The notes: generated by a model from the letters alone, not told the origin. Shown: positions 28,620 through 37,662, counted from the first letter of the stretch. The stretch: 46,776 bases of DNA from Candidatus Staskawiczbacteria bacterium (GCA_016866675.1 VGLO01000002.1:1-46776); one strand, 5' to 3'. Translations and numbers: made by a program.

Positions 28620-29873
28620 ATGAAACAGTCAAAATTGTTCTATAGAATAAATAAAAGCAAAGGCTCAAACATTGAGTCTGTTTCGCATGATTTATTAATC
28701 AGAGCAGGTTATATTGATCAGTTAATGGCTGGTGTTTATAGTTTTTTGCCACTTGGATTTTTAGTTTTAAAAAACATTGAATCTATTATACGAAAAAATA
28801 TGTTGGAGGTTGGTGGTCAGGAGTTGTTGATGCCTGTTTTACAACCAAAAGAAAATTGGGTTAAAACAAACAGAATTGAAGCAGAAAAAGAAATTCTTTT
28901 TAGAGTAGAGGGTAATGGTGGCAAAGAGTATGTGCTCGGCCCAACTCATGAGGAAGTTGTGACCCCACTAGCTAAAAAAATTATTTTCTCTTATCGAGAT
29001 TTACCATTATCTGTTTTTCAAATTCAAGATAAGTTAAGAGATGAGTTAAGACCAAAGTCCGGACTTCTTCGTGTAAAAGAATTTTGGATGAAGGATTTAT
29101 ATTCTTTTCATGCAAATCAGGCTGACTTAGACAAGTATTACGAGGTTGTTGCCAATTCCTACGAAAAAATATTCAAGGAATGTGGTTTGGGAAAAATAAC
29201 TTATAGGACATTGGCATCTGGGGGAAGTTTTTCGAAGTATTCAGATGAATTTCAAATGATTACGGATGCAGGTGAAGACTTAATTTATATTTGCAAAAAA
29301 TGTAGCTTAGCAATAAATAAAGAAATAAAGTCTGAAAATCCTGTATGCCCAAATTGTAAAGGCGGAGAGTTTGAGGAAAAAAAGGCAGTTGAGGTAGGAA
29401 ATATTTTTAAACTTGCAACCAAGTATTCTAATCCGTTTGATTTAAAGTTTACAGATAGGGATGGTGAGGATAAAAATGTTTTAATGGGTTGCTATGGAAT
29501 TGGCTTAGGAAGACTTATGGGTGCGATAGTTGAAGCAAATAATGATGCAAATGGAATAATTTGGCCAAAGTCCGTGGCTCCGTTTTTAGTTCACATTATT
29601 TTATTAGATAAGACTAGTAATGGCAAAGAGATTGCAGAAAAATTATACCAAAATTTGCAAAAGGAAGATATTAAAGTATTATATGATGATAGGCAAGACA
29701 AGTCAGCGGGGGAAAGGTTTGCAGAATCAGACCTAATTGGTATACCTTATCGGGTTGTCATATCAGAAAAAACATTGGAAAAGAAGTCAGTGGAAATAAA
29801 AGAAAGGGTCAGTAATTCTGAAAAGTTAGTTAAAGTGAGCAGTCTAATTAGTTATATAAAAAAGAATGTTTAA
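28620..29873 (+). CDS. proS: Proline--tRNA ligase (short, no INS editing domain)
   Basis: LGPTHEE, SYRDLP, RDELRP..GLLR..EF.MKDLYSFH, EVGNIFKL, MGCYGIG; 417 aa. Confidence 0.97.
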   Translation: MKQSKLFYRINKSKGSNIESVSHDLLIRAGYIDQLMAGVYSFLPLGFLVLKNIESIIRKNMLEVGGQELLMPVLQPKENWVKTNRIEAEKEILFRVEGNGGKEYVLGPTHEEVVTPLAKKIIFSYRDLPLSVFQIQDKLRDELRPKSGLLRVKEFWMKDLYSFHANQADLDKYYEVVANSYEKIFKECGLGKITYRTLASGGSFSKYSDEFQMITDAGEDLIYICKKCSLAINKEIKSENPVCPNCKGGEFEEKKAVEVGNIFKLATKYSNPFDLKFTDRDGEDKNVLMGCYGIGLGRLMGAIVEANNDANGIIWPKSVAPFLVHIILLDKTSNGKEIAEKLYQNLQKEDIKVLYDDRQDKSAGERFAESDLIGIPYRVVISEKTLEKKSVEIKERVSNSEKLVKVSSLISYIKKNV

Positions 29874-30933
29874 AAGTGCAAAAAATTTATTCTCATTTTT
29901 GTCTCTTGATATGGCAATTGATTTGGGTACTGCAAATTCCTTGGTTTATGTTAAGGATAGAGGAATAATTATAAATGAGCCATCTGTCGTTGCTGTTAAT
30001 AATAAAACCGGACAGATTTTAGCTATTGGGGAAGAGGCAAAAAAAATGGTTGGTAGGACACCCTCCTACATTACTGCAACAAGGCCACTGGTTAACGGCG
30101 TTATTTCTGATTTTGAGGTGACAGAACAAATGTTAAAGTATTTTATTGAAAAATCTGTGCAAGGTAGCAAGAAAATATTTGGTTTTGGATATAATCCAAG
30201 AGTAATTATTGGTATTCCTTGCGGAGTGACAGAAGTTGAAAGAAAGGCTGTAAGAGATGCCGCAAAATCCGCCGGAGCAAGAACAGTTTTTTTAATTGAA
30301 GAGCCTTTAGCTTCAGCTATCGGGGCAAAACTTCCTATTCAAGAAGCTGGAGGAAACTTTATTGTTGATATTGGCGGTGGTACAACAGAGGTTGCGGTAA
30401 TTTCTATGGGCGGAATTGTGACATCAAGAAGCCTTAGAATTGCAGGAGATAAATTAAATGATGATATTGTTCAGTTTGCTCAAAAGGAGTACAAACTCCT
30501 AATTGGCGAGAGAACTGCAGAGCAAATAAAAATAAGTATTGGGTCAGCTATGCCATTAAAAGAAAAAAAAGAAATTGCAATGAGGGGTAGAAATTTAGTG
30601 ACAGGACTCCCAGAAGAAGTGATTGTTTTTAATGATGACATACAAAGAGCATTGGAAAGATCTGTAAAGCAAATTGTTTCGGCAATTAAAACAACAATTG
30701 AAGAGACTCCTCCAGAGCTTTTGTCTGATGTAATGACAAACGGGATTTTTTTGGCTGGTGGTGGAAGTTTGTTGAAAGGATTAGATGTTTTAATTGCTAA
30801 AGAAACAAAAATGCCTTGCAGAATTATTGACGACCCCATGACATCTGTTGTAAGAGGTTCGGGAATTGCTTTAGAAAACATTGAAACCTTAGCTGACTTG
30901 ATGGCAAAGGATGAAGAGTGGGCAATAGCATAG
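29866..30933 (+). CDS. mreB: Rod shape-determining protein MreB, paralog 2
   Basis: IDLGTAN, NEPSVVA, VTEVERKAV, VDIGGGTTEVA, GRNLVTGLP. Confidence 0.96.
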   Translation: MFKSAKNLFSFLSLDMAIDLGTANSLVYVKDRGIIINEPSVVAVNNKTGQILAIGEEAKKMVGRTPSYITATRPLVNGVISDFEVTEQMLKYFIEKSVQGSKKIFGFGYNPRVIIGIPCGVTEVERKAVRDAAKSAGARTVFLIEEPLASAIGAKLPIQEAGGNFIVDIGGGTTEVAVISMGGIVTSRSLRIAGDKLNDDIVQFAQKEYKLLIGERTAEQIKISIGSAMPLKEKKEIAMRGRNLVTGLPEEVIVFNDDIQRALERSVKQIVSAIKTTIEETPPELLSDVMTNGIFLAGGGSLLKGLDVLIAKETKMPCRIIDDPMTSVVRGSGIALENIETLADLMAKDEEWAIA

Positions 30934-30953
30934 TTTTTTTATATATTTTTATA

Positions 30954-30991
30954 AAAAAAGAACCTCAGCTACGATGTGCGTGGCGGAGGCC
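30954..30991 (-). terminator. Terminator for the small minus-strand gene pair
   Basis: Minus strand GCCTCCGCCACG-CACAT-CGTAGCTGAGGT followed by TCTTTTTT. Confidence 0.65.
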
Positions 30992-30995
30992 TGAA

Positions 30996-31205
30996 TCAGT
31001 TGAGCTCTGGTTTGAATTGATTATTATAAACAATCACCTTTTTTGCGCCTAACTTTTCCATCAGACACCTCAAGCATTGGCCGTCTTTGGAGTTTGTGCT
31101 TGAGTAATAGTCATCGGTGGGAGTGCAAACGTACACCCTCTTACATGTTTTGCAGCAAACTTCTTTGCAGCACGGTGACCATTTTTTCATAGGAAAATCA
31201 TCCAT
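30996..31205 (-). CDS. Small Cys-rich hypothetical protein
   Basis: 69 aa, CCKEVCCKTC...C...CLRC; translationally coupled (TAATG) to the upstream small ORF. Confidence 0.6.
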   Translation of the reverse strand: MDDFPMKKWSPCCKEVCCKTCKRVYVCTPTDDYYSSTNSKDGQCLRCLMEKLGAKKVIVYNNQFKPELN

Positions 31206-31300
31206 TAGAGCTCTTTATCAATCGTTCGCGTGCCGATGTAGATACTAATCAGAAATAAGGTAGTAAACCCTATTAAGCCCAGAATCCACCAAATCACCAT
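31205..31300 (-). CDS. 31-aa single-TM small protein (not in ORF track)
   Basis: MVIWWILGLIGFTTLFLISIYIGTRTIDKEL; GAGAGGG SD; TTGACA-16-TATAGT promoter at 31386-31359. Confidence 0.6.
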   Translation of the reverse strand: MVIWWILGLIGFTTLFLISIYIGTRTIDKEL

Positions 31301-31424
31301 GATATACCCTCTCTAAATGCGTTGAATTGTAAAAGAGGCGAAAACCGGCTACGACCCCACTATACAATTATTGAAAACTATGTCAAGTCTTTAATGGGTA
31401 GACCAATTTTGATACAATTGTTAA

Positions 31425-31706
31425 ATGATTTCTAAAGAAGAAGTAATTCATATAGCCAAGCTTGCTAGGCTAGAGCTAACAGATGAGGATATTGTGAATA
31501 TGCAGAAAGATATGTCTGCAATTTTGGATTATTTTGAAATACTTAAAAAAGCTAAAACATCAAATTCTAAAGATCAGATTTTACAATTAGAAAATGTATT
31601 ACGGGAGGACGAAGTTTTACTGAAAAGATCTAGTTTAGCTGGAGACTTGGTTAAATTGGCTCCAGAAAGAAAAGAAGAACATATTAAAGTAAAGCAGATT
31701 TTATAA
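31425..31706 (+). CDS. gatC: Asp/Glu-tRNA amidotransferase subunit C
   Basis: EV.HIAKLARL, IL.YF..L, NVLRED, IKV..IL; precedes gatA. Confidence 0.95.
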   Translation: MISKEEVIHIAKLARLELTDEDIVNMQKDMSAILDYFEILKKAKTSNSKDQILQLENVLREDEVLLKRSSLAGDLVKLAPERKEEHIKVKQIL

Positions 31707-33124
31707 TGCAATTACTAGATTTAACAATTAGGCAAATTCATGAAGGGCTAAAAAGTAAAAAGTTTACGAGTCAAGAAATTACTAAGGCCTATATTGAGCA
31801 AATTAAAAAGAATGATGGAATCATTGGAGCATATTTGTCTTTGACGGAAGACTTGGCTTTAGAGCAAGCTAAAAAGGCAGATATTGAAATTGAAAAAAAT
31901 AATGAATTTCCACTTTTAACTGGAGTGCCATTTGCAGTAAAGGACGCAATTTTAGTTGAAGGAAAAATTGCAACTGCAGGGTCAAAAATTTTAGAAAACT
32001 ATGTTTCTCCCTATGACGCAACTGTTATAGAAAAACTTAAGAGGGAGGGAGCAGTTATTTTAGGAAAAACAAATTTAGATGAGTTTGCCATGGGAGCTTC
32101 AACCGAAAATTCTGCTTTCAAAATTACAAAAAATCCACATGATACAAGTCGTGTGGCAGGAGGAAGTTCTGGAGGGTCTGCGGCTTCTGTAGCTTCAAAC
32201 GAGGCAGTCTTTTCACTTGGTTCAGATACAGGGGGTTCTATAAGGCTCCCAGCGTCATTTTGTGGTGTTGTCGGATTGAATCCAACCTATGGAGCTGTCT
32301 CACGATACGGCTTAATTGCTTTAGCTTCTTCTTTAGACCAAATTGGACCATTTGCAAAAAACGTTGAAGATTGCAAAATAGTCTTTAAAGTAATATCGGG
32401 TAAAGATAAAAAAGACGCAACAAATCAAAACTATAATTTTGAAGATTCAAATTTAAAACTAAATGGTTTGAAGATTGGTATTCCCAAGGAATACTTTCAA
32501 GAGGGAATAGATAAAAATGTAGAAAAAGTTGTTAAAGATGCAATTAAAAAAGCAGAGGATGCAGGGGCGAAAATTACTGAGATAAGTCTTCCAAACTCTC
32601 AATATGCTATTGCCTGTTATTATATTATTGTACCATCTGAAGCTTCAGCAAACTTGGCAAGATATGATGGAATAAAATATGGTTTTTCAGAAAAGTCTGC
32701 AAAAGATTTGCTAGAAGTTTATTTAAAAAGCAGGGGCAAAGGACTAGGTAGAGAACCCCAAAGAAGAATTATGCTTGGCACATATGCTTTATCAAGCGGA
32801 TATTATGATGCCTACTATAAAAAAGCTCAAGAAGTTAGGGAATTGATAAAAAAAGATTTTGTTAATGCATTTTTAAAAGTTGATCTGATATTCTCTCCGG
32901 TTGCTCCCTTTACAGCCTTTAAGGTTGGAGAAAAGGCAAATGACCCGTTGTCTATGTATTTAGTTGATATGTATACTAGCGCCGTAAAATTAGCCGGTCT
33001 GCCAGCCCTATCATTGCCAGCAGGTAAAGCAGACGGCTTGCCTGTTGGTTTACAAATTATAGGAAACTACTTTGAGGAATCAAAAATTCTGTCAGTTGCA
33101 GAAGAGTTGGAGAATTTGCTATAA
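31706..33124 (+). CDS. gatA: Asp/Glu-tRNA amidotransferase subunit A
   Basis: GKTNLDEFAMG, GGSSGGSA, GSDTGGSIR, SANLARYDG, RRIMLGTYALSSGYYDAYY. Confidence 0.99.
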   Translation: MQLLDLTIRQIHEGLKSKKFTSQEITKAYIEQIKKNDGIIGAYLSLTEDLALEQAKKADIEIEKNNEFPLLTGVPFAVKDAILVEGKIATAGSKILENYVSPYDATVIEKLKREGAVILGKTNLDEFAMGASTENSAFKITKNPHDTSRVAGGSSGGSAASVASNEAVFSLGSDTGGSIRLPASFCGVVGLNPTYGAVSRYGLIALASSLDQIGPFAKNVEDCKIVFKVISGKDKKDATNQNYNFEDSNLKLNGLKIGIPKEYFQEGIDKNVEKVVKDAIKKAEDAGAKITEISLPNSQYAIACYYIIVPSEASANLARYDGIKYGFSEKSAKDLLEVYLKSRGKGLGREPQRRIMLGTYALSSGYYDAYYKKAQEVRELIKKDFVNAFLKVDLIFSPVAPFTAFKVGEKANDPLSMYLVDMYTSAVKLAGLPALSLPAGKADGLPVGLQIIGNYFEESKILSVAEELENLL

Positions 33125-33143
33125 TCAAGGAACATTTTAAAAT

Positions 33144-33704
33144 ATGAGTCTTCCTTGGGATCAAAATTGGGAAAAACTTTATGATGCTTTAGGCATCAGG
33201 GATTTTATTTATTTTATTAGCTCTCCGAGTATTCAAGATACTCTTTTTCCAGTTAAATTAATATTTATAATTTTTGGGCTGTTTTTTTTGTGTGCCGTAA
33301 TCTATTTTTACTTAAATAGTAGTTATTTAAGAAACGCATTCATAGAAGACTACTCTGAGTTTTTTGCATGGCAGGCTTATGGATTAAAAGCAGTTGATAA
33401 AAAGTGGAAATCTATTACTAAAAAAATTATAACAGAATCAGAAAAAGAGTATAAACTAGCCATGCTTGAGGCAGATGAATTTCTTTTTGAAGAAATGCAG
33501 GACGCAGAATTTTCAGGTGGTAGTTTTGAAGAGATGCTTAATGGAGATGGAAGAAGATTAATTCAAAATTGGGATGAAATTTTAGAGGCCCATAAAATAA
33601 GAAACTTAATAGTTCATAATATAAGCTATAGTTTGGATGTTAATTTGGCAAAAAGAATGCTAGAAGAATATGAGAAAGCTATTAAAAGTATTTATTCTTA
33701 CTAG
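33144..33704 (+). CDS. Hypothetical membrane-anchored protein
   Basis: One TM; W..I, KLA..EAD, G..G..F.E.L, AHKIRN..VH pattern. Confidence 0.75.
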   Translation: MSLPWDQNWEKLYDALGIRDFIYFISSPSIQDTLFPVKLIFIIFGLFFLCAVIYFYLNSSYLRNAFIEDYSEFFAWQAYGLKAVDKKWKSITKKIITESEKEYKLAMLEADEFLFEEMQDAEFSGGSFEEMLNGDGRRLIQNWDEILEAHKIRNLIVHNISYSLDVNLAKRMLEEYEKAIKSIYSY

Positions 33705-33705
33705 A

Positions 33706-33813
33706 TTATCCTATAAAACCAATCCCAACTGCCCAAAGAATAGTGCTTAACGCAACCAAGCTTATTAGTATAGCCCAAAATATTCTAAATAATTTTTTTG
33801 ATTTTATTTTCAT
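33706..33813 (-). CDS. 35-aa small membrane protein (not in ORF track)
   Basis: MKIKSKKLFRIFWAILISLVALSTILWAVGIGFIG; basic N-terminus plus TM; fills the spacer exactly. Confidence 0.6.
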   Translation of the reverse strand: MKIKSKKLFRIFWAILISLVALSTILWAVGIGFIG

Positions 33814-33838
33814 TTTGATTATTTTTTAAGATTATTCT

Positions 33839-34246
33839 ATGTCTCCCATAATAACAAAATTTAAGAAAAATAAAAGTAAAAAAAACCTCTCTTATTTTTT
33901 ATTTAAAATGGGAGGTGTTTTCATAGTTTTAATTTTCTTGGCATTAGTTTTTGTTGACATTAATGTTTATTATAAAAAAAACCAATTTAACAGACAAGTT
34001 AATTCATTGGAAAAAAAAATGAAAGATTTGGAAGAAAAGAATGAAAAACTAAGAGAAGGAATATCTAATGAGGATAATGAGCATTATATAGAAAGGGTTG
34101 CAAGAGAGGAGATGGATTTGCAGTTGCCGGGTGAAAAAGTAGTGTCTTTTATTGATGTTAAAGAAGACCCAAAAGAAGAATTGCCAGATGACGATTACTT
34201 AATTAGCTTTTGGCTTTCGTGGATAGGAGGGTTTTTCAAAAAATAA
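33839..34246 (+). CDS. ftsB: Septum formation initiator (FtsB/DivIC family)
   Basis: TM plus coiled coil, then YIERVAREEMDL..PGE.V motif. Confidence 0.85.
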   Translation: MSPIITKFKKNKSKKNLSYFLFKMGGVFIVLIFLALVFVDINVYYKKNQFNRQVNSLEKKMKDLEEKNEKLREGISNEDNEHYIERVAREEMDLQLPGEKVVSFIDVKEDPKEELPDDDYLISFWLSWIGGFFKK

Positions 34247-34251
34247 ATTAT

Positions 34252-34279
34252 TTGATTTTTTAGTTTTTTGTGGTATTAT
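34252..34279 (+). promoter_or_regulatory. Sigma70-type promoter with extended -10
   Basis: TTGATT-16-TATTAT, with TG at 34271-34272. Confidence 0.55.
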
Positions 34280-34285
34280 TTGAAC

Positions 34286-34655
34286 AGAACATTAAGTAAG
34301 GCTCCAGCTGGACAGTTGAGTTTGTTGCGATAACAGGCCGCGACAATAATCCCTTAGCATAGGTTTTGCCTCGATAAGCTTTGAGGTACCCGTCTTTTTG
34401 ACCTCAAGCTATAAGGCAAAGACTGTTCACTGGTTCCGGACCGCGCGATCCTGGGGCACATCAGGACGCGCGGTCTTTTCAAAACAACTGATCGAGAAGA
34501 TGAGCAGAGTATGGTGCTTCTCATGGATGTGGTACTGTTGCTATCATGGGTTCTCCTAATGAGGTAGGACTTCTGGATTTACCAGTCAGCAGTACTAGCT
34601 TATTTTCTTTCGGTTGTCAGGGGCCGCGCGAGTTCGGACGCGCGGCCTTTTTTCT
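34286..34655 (+). ncRNA. Putative structured non-coding RNA(s): two tandem multi-stem units, each closed by a related GC hairpin plus U tract
   Basis: At least 8 nested helices with many G-U pairs; no credible ORF; promoter upstream, terminator at the end. Confidence 0.6.
34621..34653 (+). terminator. Intrinsic terminator ending the structured RNA
   Basis: GGGCCGCGCG-AGTTCGGA-CGCGCGGCCT-TTTTT. Confidence 0.8.
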
Positions 34656-34705
34656 TTGCATAAAATATGATAAAATTTTCTTAGAGATAATTAAAACCAT
34701 CAACT

Positions 34706-35792
34706 TTGGCAGAAATAAAAGAAAACATTGATAAGATTAGCAAAAGAGTCCATTACTTGATGGACCGTCTTTGATGTTGAGGAGAAAGAGAAGGAAATTA
34801 AAGAATTAGAAAAAAGGACCCAAGAAAAAGATTTTTGGGAAAACCATCAGGAAGCAGGAAAAATCAGTCAAAGAATTTCAGATTTAAAAGAAGAGATTCA
34901 GTCTCTAGAATTGCTTACAAAAGAAGTCAAAGATTTAACAGATTTATTTGAGTTAGGACAAGATGTTAATCAGATCTATAATGAATTACAAGAGAAAGTA
35001 AATAAGGAAGAATTCAAGTTTTTTTTGTCTGAAAAGTATGATAAAAATAATGCTATATTAGAAATATTTGCTGGAGCAGGCGGAGTTGATTCTCAAGATT
35101 GGACTACAATGCTAAAGAGAATGTACGAAAGATACTGTGATAAAAAAGGTTTTAAGGTAAAAGTTTTAAGTCAATCTTTTGGAGAGGCCGGTGGACCAGA
35201 TGGAAGAATTGGTACAAAGTCTGCAACTATTGAAATTAAGGGCAAATATGCTTTCGGGTTTCTAAAAAAAGAGTCTGGGGTTCACAGACTCGTGAGAATT
35301 TCACCGTTTTCAGCGCAAAAATTAAGACATACATCATTTGCTTTGGTTGAGGTTTTGCCAGAAATTGAGGATTCAGTTGAAATAGAAATAAAACCAGAGG
35401 ACTTAAAAATTGATACATTTCGTTCATCCGGCCCAGGAGGGCAATATGTTAATAAAACAGAGTCAGCAATAAGAATCACTCATTTGCCAACTGGATTAGT
35501 GGTTGCTTGTCAGACAGAAAGGCTTCAAGGTAAAAACAAAGAAAAGGCGCTGAAAGTTCTTCATTCAAAGCTGTATAAATTAAAGGAAGAAAAGCATAAA
35601 AAAGAAATTAAGGAAATTAAAGGAGACTCGGTTTCAGCTTCATGGGGGAATCAAATAAGGTCATATGTGTTGCATCCATATCAAATGGTTAAAGATTTGA
35701 GGACACAATGCCAAACTAGTGATACAGAAGGAGTTCTAGATGGCCAGATTGATGACTTTATTAATGAAGAATTAAAAATGGTTAATAATTAA
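34706..35792 (+). CDS. prfB: Peptide chain release factor 2 with programmed +1 frameshift at CTT-TGA (34769-34774)
   Basis: TTG-start frame ...HYLMDRL*; +1 frame continues DVEEK...DFWEN; RISPF, GPGGQ, WGNQIRSY. Confidence 0.95.
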
Positions 35793-35802
35793 AAAAAATA
35801 TT

Positions 35803-36483
35803 TTGATTAAGTTTCAAAACGTCACAAAAATATATCCGCCAAGCACAACTGTTTTACAGGAGATTTCTTTTGAAGTAAAAGATGGAGAATTTATTTCAAT
35901 TGTGGGAAAGTCGGGAGCCGGCAAAACAACTTTAATTAGAATGATTTTAGGACTTGAAACTCCTACTTCAGGTGAGGTATTTTTTAGAGGTCAAAACATA
36001 AGTTCGTTAGAGGGGGATTATTTGCAGGATGTGAGAAAAAAAATTGGTGGTATTCATCAAGACTACAGACTTTTACTAAATAAAACCGTTTTTGAAAATG
36101 TAGCTTATATCTTGGAAGTTGAGGGGCTAGATGATATTGAAATTAATTCTCAGGTACCTAAGGTTTTGGAGGCAGTTGGTTTGTCAGACAAGTTAAACAA
36201 TTTTCCTGAACAATTATCCGGTGGAGAGCAACAGCGATTGGCGGTGGCTCGTGCTATAATAAATCATCCAGATGTGATAATTGCCGATGAGCCAACCGGA
36301 AATTTAGACCCATATAATTCTTATGAGGTCATATCTCTTTTGGAAAAAATTAACAAAGTTGGAAAAACAGTTATTTTAGCTACTCACGATAAAGAAATTG
36401 TAAACAAGTTAGGTAAACGTGTAATAACACTTGAAGAAGGAAGAATTATAAGAGATGAGTCAAAAGGAAGATTTTTAATATGA
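35803..36483 (+). CDS. ftsE: Cell division ATP-binding protein FtsE
   Basis: GKSGAGKTT, QDYRLL, LSGGEQQR, ADEPTGNLDP, ATHD; followed by ftsX. Confidence 0.93.
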   Translation: MIKFQNVTKIYPPSTTVLQEISFEVKDGEFISIVGKSGAGKTTLIRMILGLETPTSGEVFFRGQNISSLEGDYLQDVRKKIGGIHQDYRLLLNKTVFENVAYILEVEGLDDIEINSQVPKVLEAVGLSDKLNNFPEQLSGGEQQRLAVARAIINHPDVIIADEPTGNLDPYNSYEVISLLEKINKVGKTVILATHDKEIVNKLGKRVITLEEGRIIRDESKGRFLI

Positions 36484-37391
36484 TTAACCTAAAAAGAGCA
36501 TTTTCTTTTGCATTAACTGATTTTTATCGAAACAAGGGAATTTCCGTTTCTGCAATTTTTGTTTTAACTCTAACAAGTCTGCTTGTGACAGGGCTTTTTT
36601 TAACACATGGAGTTAGTAGTTATTTAATTGACACTATTCAAAACAAGATTGATATTACTGCCTATTTTAAAGAAAGTACTAGCGAGCAAGATATTTTAAG
36701 TGTTAAAGATGAAATTTTAGCCAATGCGCCAAATACAAAAAGTATTGATTATGTTTCAAAAGAAGATGCTTTAAGCGATTTTTTACAAAGACACAAAGAA
36801 AGTGAAGTTTTTTCAAAAGCTTTAATTGAGGTGGGTGGAAATCCATTTTTACCTTCATTAAATATAGTGACAGGGGGAAACACAACTCAATACGAAAAAA
36901 TCGCCGAGATACTTGAAGGACAGCAGTTTGAAGATATTATTGAGAAAGTTGATTTTTCTGAGAAAAAGGCTACAATTGACACAATTTTCTCTATTACAAG
37001 AAGTGTTAATATTGTAGGATTATTGCTTGGTTTGGTTTTTGTTTTTATTGCAATATCAATAGTTTTTAACACAATCAAGCTTATTATTAATACTGCAAAA
37101 GAAGAGATTAATACTATGAAAATAGTTGGGGCTTCAAACTGGTTTATTAAGGCACCATTTGTTATTGAGGGTGGTATTTTTGGTTTAATTGCTTCTTTAG
37201 TTTGTCTTTTGTTAACAGTTATTGCGGTTTTGGCACTTACTAGATTTATTTCTGTGATTTTGCCTGGGTTTAGTTTGGTTAGTTATTTCTTCTCAAACTT
37301 ATTTTTAATTCTACTAATTCAAATTGCCGTAGGTGTTGGAGTCGGAGTAGTTTCAAGTATTATAGTTGTAAACAGGCATTTGAAAGTTTAG
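36480..37391 (+). CDS. ftsX: Cell division permease FtsX
   Basis: SKEDAL, NPFLPS, FNTIKL...KEEI..MK.VGAS.WFI.APF..EG. Confidence 0.93.
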   Translation: MINLKRAFSFALTDFYRNKGISVSAIFVLTLTSLLVTGLFLTHGVSSYLIDTIQNKIDITAYFKESTSEQDILSVKDEILANAPNTKSIDYVSKEDALSDFLQRHKESEVFSKALIEVGGNPFLPSLNIVTGGNTTQYEKIAEILEGQQFEDIIEKVDFSEKKATIDTIFSITRSVNIVGLLLGLVFVFIAISIVFNTIKLIINTAKEEINTMKIVGASNWFIKAPFVIEGGIFGLIASLVCLLLTVIAVLALTRFISVILPGFSLVSYFFSNLFLILLIQIAVGVGVGVVSSIIVVNRHLKV

Positions 37392-37406
37392 ATAAAATTT
37401 AATAAT

Positions 37407-37480
37407 TGCGGGATCGTCTAATGGTAGGACACATCCCTCTGGAGGATGGTATCTTGGTTCGAGTCCAAGTCCCGCAGCCA
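37407..37480 (+). tRNA. tRNA-Gln(CTG), CCA encoded
   Basis: Acceptor TGCGGGA/TCCCGCA, anticodon arm CATCC-CTCTGGA-GGATG, T arm CTTGG-TTCGAGT-CCAAG; T1-A72 pair. Confidence 0.97.
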
Positions 37481-37561
37481 ACACATGCTAAGCCGAGTGT
37501 CAAGGGCCCCTGAGGCAATTGTGCGACTAAAATCCCTACCGCACTAGGGTGGCTGAGTCCC

Positions 37562-37603
37562 GTTCGAATCCTAGTCCCGCAGCAGCCATATGCTAAGTCA
37601 GGT
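37562..37603 (+). repeat. Degenerate direct repeat of the tRNA-Gln 3' end plus trailer (att-like)
   Basis: GTTCGAATCCTAGTCCCGCAGC..CATATGCTAAGTC vs GTTCGAGTCCAAGTCCCGCAGC..CACATGCTAAGCC at 37457-37499. Confidence 0.8.
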
Positions 37604-37662
37604 GACTGAGACGCATAAGGAACTTTTCCTTCGATTGCAAACCGGCTGAGCGCCGCATTCAG

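Noticed and set aside
31425..33124. gatB missing after gatCA
   Set aside because: gatB is often unlinked; absence from the window is uninformative.
34556..34590. Hammerhead ribozyme (CTAATGAG core-like)
   Set aside because: No GAAA after the putative stem II and no compatible stems I and III.
34546..34731. 61-aa ORF in the structured region
   Set aside because: Runs through a strong terminator and overlaps the prfB start; no SD or motif.
37481..37590. Second tRNA or HDV-like (theta) ribozyme after tRNA-Gln
   Set aside because: The repeat lacks a paired T stem, D arm and anticodon arm; no HDV-type nested pseudoknot could be found by eye.
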